Shown one piece after another: positions 32,762 through 34,521 of a DNA stretch of 34,521 nt. The stretch is from positions 1-34,521 of the IMG/VR virus record IMGVR_UViG_3300028394_000193. One strand, given 5' to 3'. Below the pieces are notes generated by a model. It had not been told where the DNA came from, searched no databases, and worked only from the letters and a program-made list of their open reading frames with translations. A program made the translations under genes and the position numbers. Origin of the DNA: a virus (taxonomy: Duplodnaviria; Caudoviricetes). Each line of letters opens with the position of its first letter. The first letter of the stretch is position 1.

Positions 32762-33029
32762 CGTCTTGTTCCTCTTGTTTAGGTTGAACTCTTGGTACTG
32801 CTGGTGGAATCCACTGGTCTACCTTCAATGAAAGATAAGATTTACCAGAGGTTTTCGAGACTGATTTCCAGCCCGAAAGCTTTACAACGGCCATGCCGTC
32901 AGAATCGATATCCAATGTCTTGGTATCAATGAAAACGTCGCCTTTCATGTCAGGACTATTCTCACTGCTCTTGACATTGATCTTGAACAAAGACCCTGTA
33001 TTGGGCTTTGGTACAAATTTTTGTTCCAC
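32745..33029 (-). CDS. Single-stranded DNA-binding protein (DUF736-like, DDIPF tail)
   Basis: GSLF.....PDMKG...LSGW....GKSYLSL and an acidic DDDIPF C-terminus. It follows ERF. Confidence 0.75.
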   Translation of the reverse strand: MEQKFVPKPNTGSLFKINVKSSENSPDMKGDVFIDTKTLDIDSDGMAVVKLSGWKSVSKTSGKSYLSLKVDQWIPPAVPRVQPKQEEQDDDIPF

Positions 33030-33030
33030 G

Positions 33031-33651
33031 TTAATCCTTTAGATTAGATTTAAGTTCACCAAACCGCGCCTTCAACTTCTCATAAAGCTCAGGCGATTCT
33101 TTCTTCAGGTTGTTGATATCCTCCTGATTCTTTTTCCATATATCGGCAAGCTCTGCCTTAGTGGTCAATAGGTTTGCCCATTCGATTGTCTTTTCCACAA
33201 AGAGGGCGTGATTGGGGTTCTCCGTTTTCTCTACAAGTTTATCTACCTTACGTTCCGCAGGTGCAGGAGGCTTCTCCGCTTGCGGTGCGGCATCGACCGC
33301 ATCATGCTCGGTTAGCTCAAGCGCCATCAGCCATAGATACCTGCGAAGGTAGGTATGCGTCGAACCCAAGTCCTGAATCTGTTGCCCTTTAGGATTGTGT
33401 GCAGACACAACCGGACTAACAAAGGCAACCGACCCTGTAGCGTCAGTGTCGTGGATCGTTAGGGTTGCGTTGCTTCCCTCGAAACTAAACACCCCAAGCA
33501 ACCCAACATCATTAAAGATGCGGTGGGTATGGGGAAGGAAGTCCCCAAGCTCAAAGTATTCATACCCCGCAAACTTGTTCTTCCCACTCTTCTTCATATC
33601 CACGGAAAGAAGCTGAACCCTAGCCTCAGCAAGCTTCTTATAAACAGTCAT
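33031..33651 (-). CDS. erf: ERF-family single-strand annealing recombinase
   Basis: KSGKNKFAGYEYFEL.D...Q.LGSTHTYLRRY.......TEHD motif. Confidence 0.85.
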   Translation of the reverse strand: MTVYKKLAEARVQLLSVDMKKSGKNKFAGYEYFELGDFLPHTHRIFNDVGLLGVFSFEGSNATLTIHDTDATGSVAFVSPVVSAHNPKGQQIQDLGSTHTYLRRYLWLMALELTEHDAVDAAPQAEKPPAPAERKVDKLVEKTENPNHALFVEKTIEWANLLTTKAELADIWKKNQEDINNLKKESPELYEKLKARFGELKSNLKD

Positions 33652-33818
33652 AGCGACTCCAAGTATTTACGTGTAAGTGTTTGAGCCATAGACAACACGC
33701 AATCAGCAATGTGGTCTGCCGTCTCCGGTTCGTCTTCAATGAAGTCAATGTCTTCTTGTTTAATGCTTGAAGCCATTGCCAACATAAAATCCAACGTAAG
33801 CTCATCTCTAGTCTTCAT
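33648..33818 (-). CDS. Small hypothetical protein
   Basis: ATG 33818 follows GGAG and reads MKTRDELTLDFMLAMA...IADCVLSMAQTL. It resembles the 31537..31719 product. Confidence 0.55.
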   Translation of the reverse strand: MKTRDELTLDFMLAMASSIKQEDIDFIEDEPETADHIADCVLSMAQTLTRKYLESL

Positions 33819-34521
33819 CTTTGCTCTCCTGTTTAAACTGCGAACACCAAGCGGCAACACCGCAATAATTTCCGGTACATCGTACCGGCTCACCCTTACG
33901 TTCAACAACGTTGAACTTAGGATCTGTTTCAGCTAAGGCGATTGCCTCCTCGCTATTGTCGTAGACACGAACAGCAGTCTTACGACCTTCTTTCATAACT
34001 GCCCATTTATCTCCGCGAATCCAGCGATCACTGTCTGTACACAAGGGAAGCTCATCGCCCCAGTCGGCAGAAACTTGTGCCTGACGGTGCGCCTCGATGC
34101 GGTCGCGGATGAACTTCTCGATGACGGAATATTCCCAAATGGGTATATCGACCATTTGGATGGGTGCCTGTGGGTAGTCTGGTTTGATAGCGGCTTCGCG
34201 GCGGGACCAGTCCCTGATCAGGGCGCAGATTTTGATCGACCGCACCTTCTTGCCTTTCACCCTATTAACAAGGTAGGCATAACAGTTCTGCTGTTGGTGC
34301 CAATCGTCCTTGTCAGCCCGTAGGGACCACGCGGAGGTGAACTTGTAGTCCACGATATCAACCATGTCCCCATCGACGCGCTGGAGGTCAATGGCACCCG
34401 ATAGACGGACCCCGTCAATGTCTAGAAACAGGCGCTCTTCGCTAATGTGACCTTCGACCTGACTACGTTCTGCCACTACGTGGAGGGCAGAACCCATCAT
34501 TGACCACAACATGTCAGAAAC
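33808..34521 (-). CDS. Cas4-like/RecB-type PD-(D/E)xK exonuclease (5'-truncated by window edge)
   Basis: G.ALH...E...LSGAIDL...IVDYKFT...QQNCY and C-terminal RC..YC.....C. The frame is open to the window end, and it lies next to ERF/SSB. Confidence 0.85.
   Translation of the reverse strand, partial: VSDMLWSMMGSALHVVAERSQVEGHISEERLFLDIDGVRLSGAIDLQRVDGDMVDIVDYKFTSAWSLRADKDDWHQQQNCYAYLVNRVKGKKVRSIKICALIRDWSRREAAIKPDYPQAPIQMVDIPIWEYSVIEKFIRDRIEAHRQAQVSADWGDELPLCTDSDRWIRGDKWAVMKEGRKTAVRVYDNSEEAIALAETDPKFNVVERKGEPVRCTGNYCGVAAWCSQFKQESKDED

Noticed and set aside
33808-34521. CRISPR-Cas system suggested by the Cas4-like nuclease
   Set aside because: There is no array and no other cas gene. The ERF/SSB context indicates a phage recombination exonuclease.

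Overview
This 34.5-kb window is a segment of a tailed dsDNA bacteriophage genome. The podovirus-like layout and a Gram-negative, possibly betaproteobacterial, host are inferences from gene families. The + strand (1-27169) is the late arm. It carries tail-fibre and adhesin genes (Mtd_N, three LamG domains, fibre chaperone, S74 fibre), a small acidic protein plus a metallophosphoesterase, a lysis cassette (GH108 endolysin, GTA-type holin), a tail tubular/nozzle-like protein, three putative ejection proteins and a 3053-aa large polyvalent protein. The - strand (27166-34521) is the convergent early/middle arm. It carries a Cas4-like nuclease, ERF and SSB, regulators, many small accessory ORFs, further nucleases, and a NUMOD4-HNH gene interrupted by a stop codon. 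The most interesting candidate system is the giant protein. A HExxH zincin is followed by cargo modules delimited four times by a [KR][FY]S[LV]R motif. The modules resemble an HhH-GPD glycosylase, a T3-type SAM lyase and two ADP-ribosyltransferase-fold domains, followed by LPD38. A 99-aa ORF with its own Shine-Dalgarno is nested out of frame directly after the glycosylase/SAM-lyase module. This suggests a virion-delivered, self-processing anti-defence polyprotein with a hidden regulator or immunity gene. All domain calls come from motif recognition by eye; no searches were run.
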